Source: an uncultured archaeon (GTDB taxonomy: Archaea; Iainarchaeota; Iainarchaeia; Iainarchaeales; Iainarchaeaceae). Taken from it: a DNA stretch of 31,654 bases. Below, piece by piece: positions 7,284 to 15,292 of the stretch (position 1 is its first letter; the number at the start of each line of letters is the position of its first letter). Made by a program: the position numbers and the translations under genes. The stretch spans positions 1 to 31,654 of the forward strand of contig CAZEBH010000001.1 of NCBI GenBank assembly GCA_964510425.1, read 5' to 3'. The notes under the pieces were generated by a model. That model made no database searches. It had not been told where the DNA came from and saw nothing but the letters and a program-made list of their open reading frames with translations.

Positions 7284-7387
7284 AAAAGCGTCCCTCGTAC
7301 CCTATGGGTACACAGGGCATGGCACCCAAAAGGGTGCAATGTCGCGGAAAAGAAAGTGTTAAAAGCGTTCGCGGAAAAGAAAGTGTT
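7284..7387. repeat. 27-bp tandem duplication whose first copy is interrupted by a 50-bp twin-hairpin insert
   Basis: AAAAGCGT at 7284-7291 and 7361-7368. TCGCGGAAAAGAAAGTGTT at 7342-7360 and 7369-7387. Hairpins GTACCC-TAT-GGGTAC (7297-7311) and GCACCC-AAAA-GGGTGC (7322-7337). Confidence 0.7.
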
Positions 7388-7394
7388 TGTTGAG

Positions 7395-8792
7395 TCAGTA
7401 ATCCAAAAAATCCTCTTCGCCCTTCAGGTACTCCGTGAGGAACTGCCCGAACTGGCGATTTTTTTTGTAAAGCGAAATTAGTTCCTTCTCATTCATTATT
7501 TTTGCTCCCTTGTTTAGCGCCTTTCTTATCCCTTTGCGTTCCTCTTTTTTTAGTTTTTTGAGAAGTTTTGCCAAAACAATTTCAATTTTTGTGTCCGCGC
7601 GCTCAACTTCCAGAACCCATTTCCCATTCTCAATGCGCGGTCCAGAGAGCGGCTTTGGGTGGGCGCCTATGAATGCATCAGAATTGTGCCGGTCTGTTGC
7701 GGGCGGGCCGGTTAATATTTTCGCTTTTTGCAGTTCGGTTGATTCAAGTTCAAGCACTATTACCATATGCCTGTTTTTCTCAAGCCACTGCGCCGAGCGC
7801 TTAACCGTAAAATCCGCGCCCTCAACCATCCCTGAAATTTTGCGCCCAAATCTTCGCAGCTGCCCCCACATGATGTCTTCAAGTACGCCTTTTGGATAGC
7901 CAAAGCTTATTGCCACAAGTTCGGTTTTTTGCAAAAATGTGGACAGTTTTTTCGAGCTCCATATTTTGTGCGGCTTTGGGAAGAAAAAATTGAGCGAAGA
8001 TTTTTTCAAAAATATGCGGCAGGCGGTAATGAATCTCGCGTACTGGTTTGCGGAGAGCGCTGCCGCCACATTGCGGTTTTTATCTACCGGATCCACGACC
8101 ACAAAATGCGTGCCGAATTTTTTCATCGCATCTTTTGTGTTCCAATAATTTTCAATATCGATTACTTCTCCTGATTCCCACCCTGCCGCCGCCCTGATTA
8201 CATTCCCAAACGTTCCATAGTTGAGGACAAGTATTTCCGCAACGTAACCCGGAAAGCTGTTTGTGCTAAGGTCGGCTCCGTAGCATTTCACTCCCTTCAT
8301 GAATTGCTTGAGAAGCCTCACTTCATCCTGTTGCCCCGCACTGAAATGCGTAAGCAAATACCTGTTGTGCAGCGCGCTTCTGTCCACCGCGCTTTTGAGA
8401 TTCTCGGCCCTTTCTATAAGGTATGCGGGAACTATTTCGACTTCAAACCCGCTGATTTGCCCGCGTATGTACGGGTGCTCCGAATATGCCTTTTCCCATC
8501 TGTGCCCGCGAAACACCGCCTTTCCTATTCGAAGCCCCTCACGTTCAAATTTTTCCCGTGCAAGCGAATCTGGGAAGAATACGAATATGTCAAGGTCATT
8601 GTCGCCGCGCAGGTGCGTTCCGCGCGCAAGGCTGCCAACAAGCTCCGCCTTTTTGTGCGCGCCGCGCATTGCCATTATTCTGGAAATTAGTTTTTGCGCG
8701 AATTTTTTTTCAGTGAGAATTTCCTTTTTTGTCGGTGTGATTTTTTCCATCACTTTTAATAAAATCTTCTTTTCCAAAACAATCACCGTCAT
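7395..8792 (-). CDS. cca: CCA tRNA nucleotidyltransferase (archaeal class I)
   Basis: VGSLARGTHLRGDNDLDIF nucleotidyltransferase motif, AEHPY-like SEHPY, VDPVDKNRNVAAA. Start codon uncertain (8819, 8792 or 8750). Confidence 0.95.
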   Translation of the reverse strand: MTVIVLEKKILLKVMEKITPTKKEILTEKKFAQKLISRIMAMRGAHKKAELVGSLARGTHLRGDNDLDIFVFFPDSLAREKFEREGLRIGKAVFRGHRWEKAYSEHPYIRGQISGFEVEIVPAYLIERAENLKSAVDRSALHNRYLLTHFSAGQQDEVRLLKQFMKGVKCYGADLSTNSFPGYVAEILVLNYGTFGNVIRAAAGWESGEVIDIENYWNTKDAMKKFGTHFVVVDPVDKNRNVAAALSANQYARFITACRIFLKKSSLNFFFPKPHKIWSSKKLSTFLQKTELVAISFGYPKGVLEDIMWGQLRRFGRKISGMVEGADFTVKRSAQWLEKNRHMVIVLELESTELQKAKILTGPPATDRHNSDAFIGAHPKPLSGPRIENGKWVLEVERADTKIEIVLAKLLKKLKKEERKGIRKALNKGAKIMNEKELISLYKKNRQFGQFLTEYLKGEEDFLDY

Positions 8793-8853
8793 TTTTGCGT
8801 CATTGTTTATATACTGCAAAATTGTATAATAACTAGCTTAATGGTGCATAAAA

Positions 8854-10431
8854 ATGGAACCTGTGGTTAACGAATTTCGCGGGCAAAAGGCTGAATCATA
8901 CGCCCGGACAGTAATATATGAGGGCTTCCCGTTCTTTTTTTATGATATTGCCGAACCAGTCCTTAACGATCAGGAAGGCGCTGTCAGTGAGGCTCTCACA
9001 AGCCTCATACTTGGCAAAATTGGCGCAGATGAACTCGAGTCGCGCTATGGCAGGCTTTTCCCGGTTGATTTTGTCATCAGGTTCCGCGAAAAAATCATAA
9101 AACCCATAACCTACAGCGAGGCACTCGAATATCTCATGCGCACCGAAGAGCTAAACGAGCTGCGCGTTTCACTGCTCTCAATTCTCAGGGAATTTTTCCC
9201 GCAGAGTGAGAACGCCGAAATCATGGCGGATATTATCCTTGACAATTCAATTGGCTATGGCAAGATTGCGCCGCTTCTGCGCGATGATGGCCTCGAGGAA
9301 ATAATGGTTAACGGGTATGAAAGAAGCGTGTTTGTTTTCCACAGGCGCTATGGCCACTGCAAAACCAACATTGACTATTCCAACAAAAAGTTTCTTGATG
9401 ATTTGCTGCAAAAGATTGCAAAATCCGTGGGCAAAAAAATAGATTCCGACCACCCGCTGCTTGATGCCCGGCTTCCGGATGGCAACAGGGCAAATTCCAC
9501 TTTCTCTTTTGTGACGCCCTTTGGTTCAACCCTTACCATAAGAAAATTCACCGCGGTCCCGCTTACAATAGTTGATTTGATAAGCAACAACACAATGACT
9601 TCAGAACTTGCGGCATTCTTCTGGCTGATGGTTGAAGGCATCGGGGTGGAACCGATGAATGCGATAATAATCGGCGGTTCGGGTACCGGGAAAACCACGA
9701 CCCTTAATGCGCTTTCTGTTTTCATCAGGTTTTCCGAGAGGGTAATTTCAATTGAGGACACGCTCGAATTGCAGCTTGGCAACAGGGACAACTGGGTGCA
9801 GATGGAAACGCGCCCAAAGCTCAAGGGGCAGGATGGCATAACCATGAATGATCTGCTAAAGAACGCCCTGCGAATGAGGCCTGACCGGATAATAGTCGGG
9901 GAGGTCAGAGGTCCGGAAGCGCAGACGCTCTTTGTTGCAATGGACACCGGGCACAAGGGCATTTTGGGGACATTGCACAGCAACTCGGCGCATGAAATGA
10001 TGCTGCGCCTAAAGTCCGAACCCATGAATGTTCCGGAAGAACTTGTCCCGCTCTTAAATCTTATAATTGTGCAGTACCGGGTGTATGCAAAAGGCGCCGG
10101 CTGGCAAAGGCGTGTTGTGGGCGTAACCGAAGTGACCTCAATGGAGCGCCAGGCGCTTATCAGCAGCATTTACGAATGGGACGCAAAGTCCGACACGATA
10201 AGCCGCACAGATACCCCGATGCATCTGACAGAGGTTCTTGCAACAAAAACGCTCAGGACCAAAAAGGATGTTGAAAAGGAAATGTTCATCCGCAAGAAAA
10301 TACTCGACTGGATGGTTTCAAATAAAATACGCTCTATTCAGGAGGTCGAGCTTGTTGTGCAGCAATATTACTACAACCCGGATTCGCTTCTCAAAAAAGT
10401 GCTCTCGGAAAATACGCAAAGCCCATTGTAA
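8854..10431 (+). CDS. Type IV pilus/secretion ATPase (VirB11/TadA/CpaF family), stand-alone paralogue
   Basis: EEIMVNG, DARLPDG.R, TIRKF, Walker A GGSGTGKTT, Asp box SIEDTLEL, LRMRPDRIIVGEVRG, His box TGHKG..GTLHS. Confidence 0.92.
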   Translation: MEPVVNEFRGQKAESYARTVIYEGFPFFFYDIAEPVLNDQEGAVSEALTSLILGKIGADELESRYGRLFPVDFVIRFREKIIKPITYSEALEYLMRTEELNELRVSLLSILREFFPQSENAEIMADIILDNSIGYGKIAPLLRDDGLEEIMVNGYERSVFVFHRRYGHCKTNIDYSNKKFLDDLLQKIAKSVGKKIDSDHPLLDARLPDGNRANSTFSFVTPFGSTLTIRKFTAVPLTIVDLISNNTMTSELAAFFWLMVEGIGVEPMNAIIIGGSGTGKTTTLNALSVFIRFSERVISIEDTLELQLGNRDNWVQMETRPKLKGQDGITMNDLLKNALRMRPDRIIVGEVRGPEAQTLFVAMDTGHKGILGTLHSNSAHEMMLRLKSEPMNVPEELVPLLNLIIVQYRVYAKGAGWQRRVVGVTEVTSMERQALISSIYEWDAKSDTISRTDTPMHLTEVLATKTLRTKKDVEKEMFIRKKILDWMVSNKIRSIQEVELVVQQYYYNPDSLLKKVLSENTQSPL

Positions 10432-10445
10432 AATCCCGTTTTTTT

Positions 10446-11075
10446 TCACTTCAGTTTAATTCTTAATTGTTCCTCAAATTTTGCAAGCCGCCAAAAGTTT
10501 TTCGAGAGCATTTTGTTTGCCCTTGGAAGTATTGTGCAAAGATACTCTTCGCCCAGAAGATTTTTCCCCCCAAGCTTTATTGGAAAGCCCATCTGTTCGG
10601 TGCCCTGAATTTCCATCAGGAATTTTTCGTTTTCCGCGAGCATTATCCCGCCGCGTTTTACTCCGCTCCTTTTCATCGCGTCAAGTATTTTATTCGCATC
10701 CTCGATATTTGCGCATCCGATGTGGAGTATGAAAGGGTCAAGCTTGAACCACATCTCGCCCTTTACGTTTTCCGTAAAACCCTCGAGCAGTTCTTTTTTT
10801 GTGACCTTGCGGTGCCATTTGCGGTGGAAAAAGTTCTCGGTTTTTTTGTCCCCGCGCTTCTCTAAAAGCATTATCCTTCCGCTGCAGCAGCTTGAGGTGT
10901 AATAGCCGCCTGTTTTTGCTATAAAAGTGCAGAGGTTTTGCATCTGCTCGTCCACTTTGCCCTGTGCAAGTGCGGTTTCATATGTCCTGCCATGCCTCTC
11001 TTTTACCATTGCAAACCTTGTGCCTGTTTCTGGCAATTCCTGTGTATTTTGGCTTAAAAGGCTTTTTTTGGGCAT
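10446..11075 (-). CDS. taw3: tRNA wybutosine-pathway methyltransferase TYW3/Taw3
   Basis: GKVD...YYTSSCCSGRI...KWH...PFILHI motifs. Start codon uncertain. Confidence 0.88.
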   Translation of the reverse strand: MPKKSLLSQNTQELPETGTRFAMVKERHGRTYETALAQGKVDEQMQNLCTFIAKTGGYYTSSCCSGRIMLLEKRGDKKTENFFHRKWHRKVTKKELLEGFTENVKGEMWFKLDPFILHIGCANIEDANKILDAMKRSGVKRGGIMLAENEKFLMEIQGTEQMGFPIKLGGKNLLGEEYLCTILPRANKMLSKNFWRLAKFEEQLRIKLK

Positions 11076-11149
11076 TTAGGGGACCCCCCTAAGAGGCTTC
11101 AACCAATTGTTTTTTAATTTTCCCCATATCTGTCTACTTAAGTGAACCT

Positions 11150-11953
11150 ATGAATAAGAACCTGTTTTTTTTTGCCTGTGTACTGGCGGTTTCCTGCATT
11201 GCAAGTGCGGACATCTCCATGACCTACCCAATCGAATCCACCATGGCAAACGGTTCATCCATACAGGCGGGTTTTGTTGCCCCGGGTCAGTCCTTTGATT
11301 TGGTATTTTCGAATGATTCAGGGCGTGGCACAAAATGGGATTCAATTTCGGTAAACGAACAATCACTTTCCGCCGGATGGAAAGTTGTTTCAACACAAAA
11401 AACCGATCCCTCGCTGCTTGCCACAATAAAAGTCCCGGCAAACGCGCGGCCTAATATTTATCCGATAAAAGTCACCCTGTCAGATTCTTCCAATCCGGGT
11501 TCATCAGAACAAATCGAAGCCCGCGTTGTTGTGCGGGAAAATCTTGTGGATGTTTCATTTGCAAGAAAATCCACTGGTGGATTCCAGTTCGCCGGTGGCA
11601 AGGTAATTTACGCCTCAAAGCTCACGAATTCTTCCATCTCGCCAATAAAAGTGAGGATTGCTTCGAATCTTCCAAGCACGTGGTTTAGCGAAGAAACCCT
11701 GGAACTAAAGCCCGGCACTTCACAGGATTTAGAGCTTGTGGTTCGTCCGCTCTCTTCCGGGCATTTTGCATTTGCTTTCCATGCATTTGCAGGGGAGAAT
11801 AACTTAATTGTAAAGACATATTCCTCCAATTTGAGCGTTCGCCCAACTTTAAAGGGCAAGTTCGGCTCGGCGCTTTCGGGTTTTCCGTTCTTCACATTCA
11901 GCCTCCTGCCATTTCAGCTCTTTGATTCGTTCTTCAGCCTCGTGCTGCCATAA
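11150..11953 (+). CDS. Hypothetical secreted/membrane-anchored protein, probably with Ig-like beta-sandwich domains
   Basis: N-terminal signal peptide, beta-strand-rich body (vPANARPNIYPIKVT), hydrophobic aromatic C-terminal segment. Confidence 0.6.
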   Translation: MNKNLFFFACVLAVSCIASADISMTYPIESTMANGSSIQAGFVAPGQSFDLVFSNDSGRGTKWDSISVNEQSLSAGWKVVSTQKTDPSLLATIKVPANARPNIYPIKVTLSDSSNPGSSEQIEARVVVRENLVDVSFARKSTGGFQFAGGKVIYASKLTNSSISPIKVRIASNLPSTWFSEETLELKPGTSQDLELVVRPLSSGHFAFAFHAFAGENNLIVKTYSSNLSVRPTLKGKFGSALSGFPFFTFSLLPFQLFDSFFSLVLP

Positions 11954-11985
11954 AGCAGATTATTTACTGCCAAGATTTTTGTAAA

Positions 11986-13680
11986 TCAAATTTTCTTCGC
12001 CATGTACGCTCCCTCGCGCGCGTATCCAAGCTTTTTTGAGTAGTATTCGCGCGCGCCAACGCCGCTTATCACAAGCATCTTGTGCGCGCCGAATTTTTCT
12101 GATGCGAGTTCTTCTGCGCGCCCCATTAGCATTTTTCCGTATCCGCGGTGCTGCTGGCTTGCAGTTATGTGTTCTCCTATTCTTGTTGTTTGCCCGAACA
12201 CATGCAGTTCGCGGATGCATGCGCTATTTTGCGTAAATTCCTTTCGGAAAGGTTTGGCGGGTTTTCGCAGCCTGCAAAAGCCCAGCAGCAAATCATTTTT
12301 CTTGTCCTCAAATGAAATAAAAATTTCCTCGCCTTCGCTTGCGGGGTATTCTCTCTCAACCAGTTCAACAAAATCATAGTCGACAATTTTTCCCTTTTCG
12401 GAATTGATTCCGGATTCGCGGCACCTGATGCATCTGCATCGTAGCCCCTTTTCGTGCATCTTCTGCCCGACAATTTGCCGCAGATTGTTCTTGTCAAGGC
12501 CTGCAACTGAAAATTTTGTCGGAATGTCCCGCTGAATTCTGTGCACACGGGTATATTCCGGGAAGTATTGTTTCGCCTCGGCAATGATATCTGCCGCTTG
12601 TTCAGTACTAAGCGGGGTGAATCTTCCTGCTTCATAAATCTTTGCAAGCGCGGTTCCGGGCATTACCATGCACGGGTAAATTTTGAGCCCATCCGGGCGA
12701 AATGCGGGGTTTGTGAAAATTTCACGAAACATTTCGATGTCTTTTTCGCGTGAGCTCAGGGGCTGGCCTGGCATCATATGGTATGTGACTTTCAGAGCAC
12801 AGTCCTTGAGAAGCCTTGTTGCTTCAATTGTATCCTCTACCGTATGGCCCCTGTGGGTGAATTTGAGAACGTCATTGTAAATGCTCTGGGCGCCAAGTTC
12901 AACTCTTGTTGTTCCAAGTTCAAGCATTTTATCAATATGTGCCTGCAAGCTCCAGTCAGGTTTTGTTTCGATGCACATTGTGACAATTCTTATATTTGCC
13001 TTTTCGTTGCGTACCTGCTCCCTTTTGACATCAGCCCTTTTTTTGAATTCCAATAGTTTTTCTGCCTGCCACTCTTTGCCGTTTTGGAAAAATTCATTGA
13101 ATTTTTTACCATCAAATTTTCCTGAAGTAAAGAATTTTTCTGAAAAATCATTTGTTGCCTGGAATGCACCTGAAATGAATTCATCCTGGTATTCTCTTGG
13201 CGTTGCCGGGAAGGTTCCTCCCATTATTATGAGTTCGAGTTTTTCAGGGCAGTGTGCAATGGCATAGTACTGGAAAATCCTGTTCATTGTCTGCAGGTAC
13301 GAATCATAATTGTTGTTTATCGCGCGCATTGTGGCGGGTTCGTGCCCTGTATATGATTGCGGCACGGAGCCGAATACGCTATTTGGCCCTCCAGGGCAGT
13401 AGATGCACGTGCCATGTGGGCAGCTAATGGGTTTTGTCATTATTGCAACCGGTGCAACACCTGAGAGCGTGCGAAGAGGCTTAATTGAAAGCATTTTGGA
13501 GAGTTTTTCCGTTTTTTCATCCGACTGCATTAATATGTCAGGGTTTGAGGGAAGTTCAGATATTCCAAATTTTTTTCCAGCCGCAAGCTTATGGGAATCC
13601 AGTTCTTTTTTGCTCTTAATTGTGCCATCCTCAATTGCATCTATTATTGCCCTTGAAAATTTGGCCATTTTTTGGTTCAT
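11986..13680 (-). CDS. elp3: tRNA uridine(34) acetyltransferase Elp3 (radical SAM + GNAT)
   Basis: CPHGTCIYCPGG cluster motif, GGTF, ETKPD, RVELGAQS, RELHVFG...QHRGYG GNAT motif. Confidence 0.96.
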   Translation of the reverse strand: MNQKMAKFSRAIIDAIEDGTIKSKKELDSHKLAAGKKFGISELPSNPDILMQSDEKTEKLSKMLSIKPLRTLSGVAPVAIMTKPISCPHGTCIYCPGGPNSVFGSVPQSYTGHEPATMRAINNNYDSYLQTMNRIFQYYAIAHCPEKLELIIMGGTFPATPREYQDEFISGAFQATNDFSEKFFTSGKFDGKKFNEFFQNGKEWQAEKLLEFKKRADVKREQVRNEKANIRIVTMCIETKPDWSLQAHIDKMLELGTTRVELGAQSIYNDVLKFTHRGHTVEDTIEATRLLKDCALKVTYHMMPGQPLSSREKDIEMFREIFTNPAFRPDGLKIYPCMVMPGTALAKIYEAGRFTPLSTEQAADIIAEAKQYFPEYTRVHRIQRDIPTKFSVAGLDKNNLRQIVGQKMHEKGLRCRCIRCRESGINSEKGKIVDYDFVELVEREYPASEGEEIFISFEDKKNDLLLGFCRLRKPAKPFRKEFTQNSACIRELHVFGQTTRIGEHITASQQHRGYGKMLMGRAEELASEKFGAHKMLVISGVGAREYYSKKLGYAREGAYMAKKI

Positions 13681-13732
13681 GGCAAAGTTTTGCCCTGAAA
13701 GGTTTTTATTATAGTTTAACTATTTGGTGTTC
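13681..13732. promoter_or_regulatory. Candidate bidirectional core promoter between elp3 and the nuclease gene
   Basis: 52 nt between the two ATGs (13680 and 13733), with TTTTTATTATA at 13703-13713 near the midpoint. Confidence 0.5.
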
Positions 13733-14101
13733 ATGGCTGATTTTTTGCTTTTAATTGTGCTGGGGGCGGCAGTTTTGCTGCTCTTGCTTGTGCTTTATTT
13801 GCTTTCGCGCACTTCAAAACTAGAATCAGACATTGCCCATTTGCAATTCTCAAAATCTTCGCAAAGTGTAAAATATGGCAAATTAACTGAGCAGTTTATG
13901 CCATTCACAAAAAACTTTCCATTCGATTCAGCAAATTTCCGGTTTTTAGGTTCGCCCATAGATGGGGTTATTTTCGAGGATGATAAAATAGTGTTTGCGG
14001 AGTTCAAGGCTTCAGGCGCCCAGCTCTCGCCAAAGCAGAAGCGCATTAAAGAACTGGTCGAGCAAAAAAAGGTCGAGTGGTATGAACACCACGCAAACTG
14101 A
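13733..14101 (+). CDS. Membrane-anchored Holliday junction resolvase-like endonuclease (Endonuc_Holl-type PD-(D/E)xK)
   Basis: N-terminal TM helix, GKLTEQFMPF, FRFLGSPIDGVIF, FAEFK, QLSPKQKRIK. Confidence 0.8.
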   Translation: MADFLLLIVLGAAVLLLLLVLYLLSRTSKLESDIAHLQFSKSSQSVKYGKLTEQFMPFTKNFPFDSANFRFLGSPIDGVIFEDDKIVFAEFKASGAQLSPKQKRIKELVEQKKVEWYEHHAN

Positions 14102-14199
14102 TTTTTTTGTTTGCGCGCTAAACCGAATGATTATATTTTGAAAAAGGGGCTTATTATTTTGGTGTTGTTATTGCAGGGCGAAAGGAAAAAATTTGCCAT

Positions 14200-15240
14200 C
14201 TACTGCCACTTTCTCCTGTAGCGAAGGGTAGCCCCGACTCCGCCAAAGCCTTCAAGTTGCCTTCCTGCTTCGCTTTTTTGGGAAATAAAAATTATTTTCG
14301 CCCCGCTTTGCTGAGCCATGTCAAGCAAATTTTCGGCTTCGCTTCGCTTTTCAGTGAGCATGTTCTCAAGCATTGCAACTTCATTCGCGGCTGTGGCATG
14401 CAGCGCTTCATTAACTTCCTTAAATCCAATTGCCGCCATTTCGTTCGGGATTGCGGCGAGCAGCTTTTCGACTATTTTTGCTTCTTCCGCAGAATGCAAC
14501 TCCCCTATTATTTTATCGATTTTTCCGGCCTTCACAAGTTCGTTTAACCCTGTTATTCCAACTGAATTTGTGGATTCAAAAAAAATCTGCAGCTTCGCGT
14601 TTTTTCCTTTTGCATATTTTTCAAAATTCTGCCTCTCAAAACCTGGCCCGGCTACCACTATTTTTCCTGCCTTTAATTCGGATATTTTGTTTAAGAGCTC
14701 CTCAAAATATGGGCTCTCTTTTGATTCGTCCTTAAATCTCTTGCCATGGCGCATAGAGCCAATGTGAGCCTTCATCTCAAGGCCGGTGTCTTTTAGAAAT
14801 GCAATGTCCGCAGTTTCATCATCCATAACCACTAAGAGCACCTTCTCCCTGCCTGTGGCTTCCTTTGCCCTTGTGAGCCTATCTGTGTGGAAGTTTTTGA
14901 GTGCTTTTTTTGTAACCTTTATTTTTTTGCCGATTTCCGCTTCAAGTGTGTGGTGGCTTTTGAGAGGGACAAGTTCAACCGGCACCGCACCAACAACAAC
15001 TCCCTGAATACGCAGCTGGTTGGTCGCCTCATGGAAAATTGCCTTTTGCGCCTCAAGCTCTACAAATATTTTTTCCCTGTATGCAGAGTCGCCCTCGTTT
15101 TTTGGCTTGATTTTTCTTTCAGCGCTGCCGCTCACAATGTCGCCCTTTTCGACAAGCTTTTCAAGGTGCCACAGGTCCTCAAATGTGTCAGGGACCACTT
15201 CAAACCAGTTGTTTTTGCGGTCAATTTTAAGTATCTGCAT
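14200..15240 (-). CDS. pelA: mRNA surveillance/ribosome rescue protein pelota
   Basis: EDLWHL...GDIV, QLRIQG, HHTLE, AGPGF, C-terminal QLEGFGGVGATLRY; eRF1-like three-domain layout. Confidence 0.95.
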   Translation of the reverse strand: MQILKIDRKNNWFEVVPDTFEDLWHLEKLVEKGDIVSGSAERKIKPKNEGDSAYREKIFVELEAQKAIFHEATNQLRIQGVVVGAVPVELVPLKSHHTLEAEIGKKIKVTKKALKNFHTDRLTRAKEATGREKVLLVVMDDETADIAFLKDTGLEMKAHIGSMRHGKRFKDESKESPYFEELLNKISELKAGKIVVAGPGFERQNFEKYAKGKNAKLQIFFESTNSVGITGLNELVKAGKIDKIIGELHSAEEAKIVEKLLAAIPNEMAAIGFKEVNEALHATAANEVAMLENMLTEKRSEAENLLDMAQQSGAKIIFISQKSEAGRQLEGFGGVGATLRYRRKWQ

Positions 15241-15292
15241 AAGGAGATTAGCAAAATAAAGGTTTTAAAGCCTCGCAAGCCACTTTTCCATT
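15241..15292. promoter_or_regulatory. Shared palindromic TATA box (TTTAAA, 15264-15269) at the exact midpoint between pelA and ABCE1
   Basis: Exactly 23 nt from the hexamer to each ATG, with purine-rich BRE-like flanks on both strands. Confidence 0.65.

Noticed and set aside
6961-7362. 133-aa plus-strand ORF in the ORF track
   Set aside because: It runs through the MITE, the tRNA gene and the repeats and has no recognisable motif.
7342-7387. 19-bp direct repeats as a mini-CRISPR
   Set aside because: Only two copies with an 8-bp gap; better explained as a 27-bp tandem duplication.
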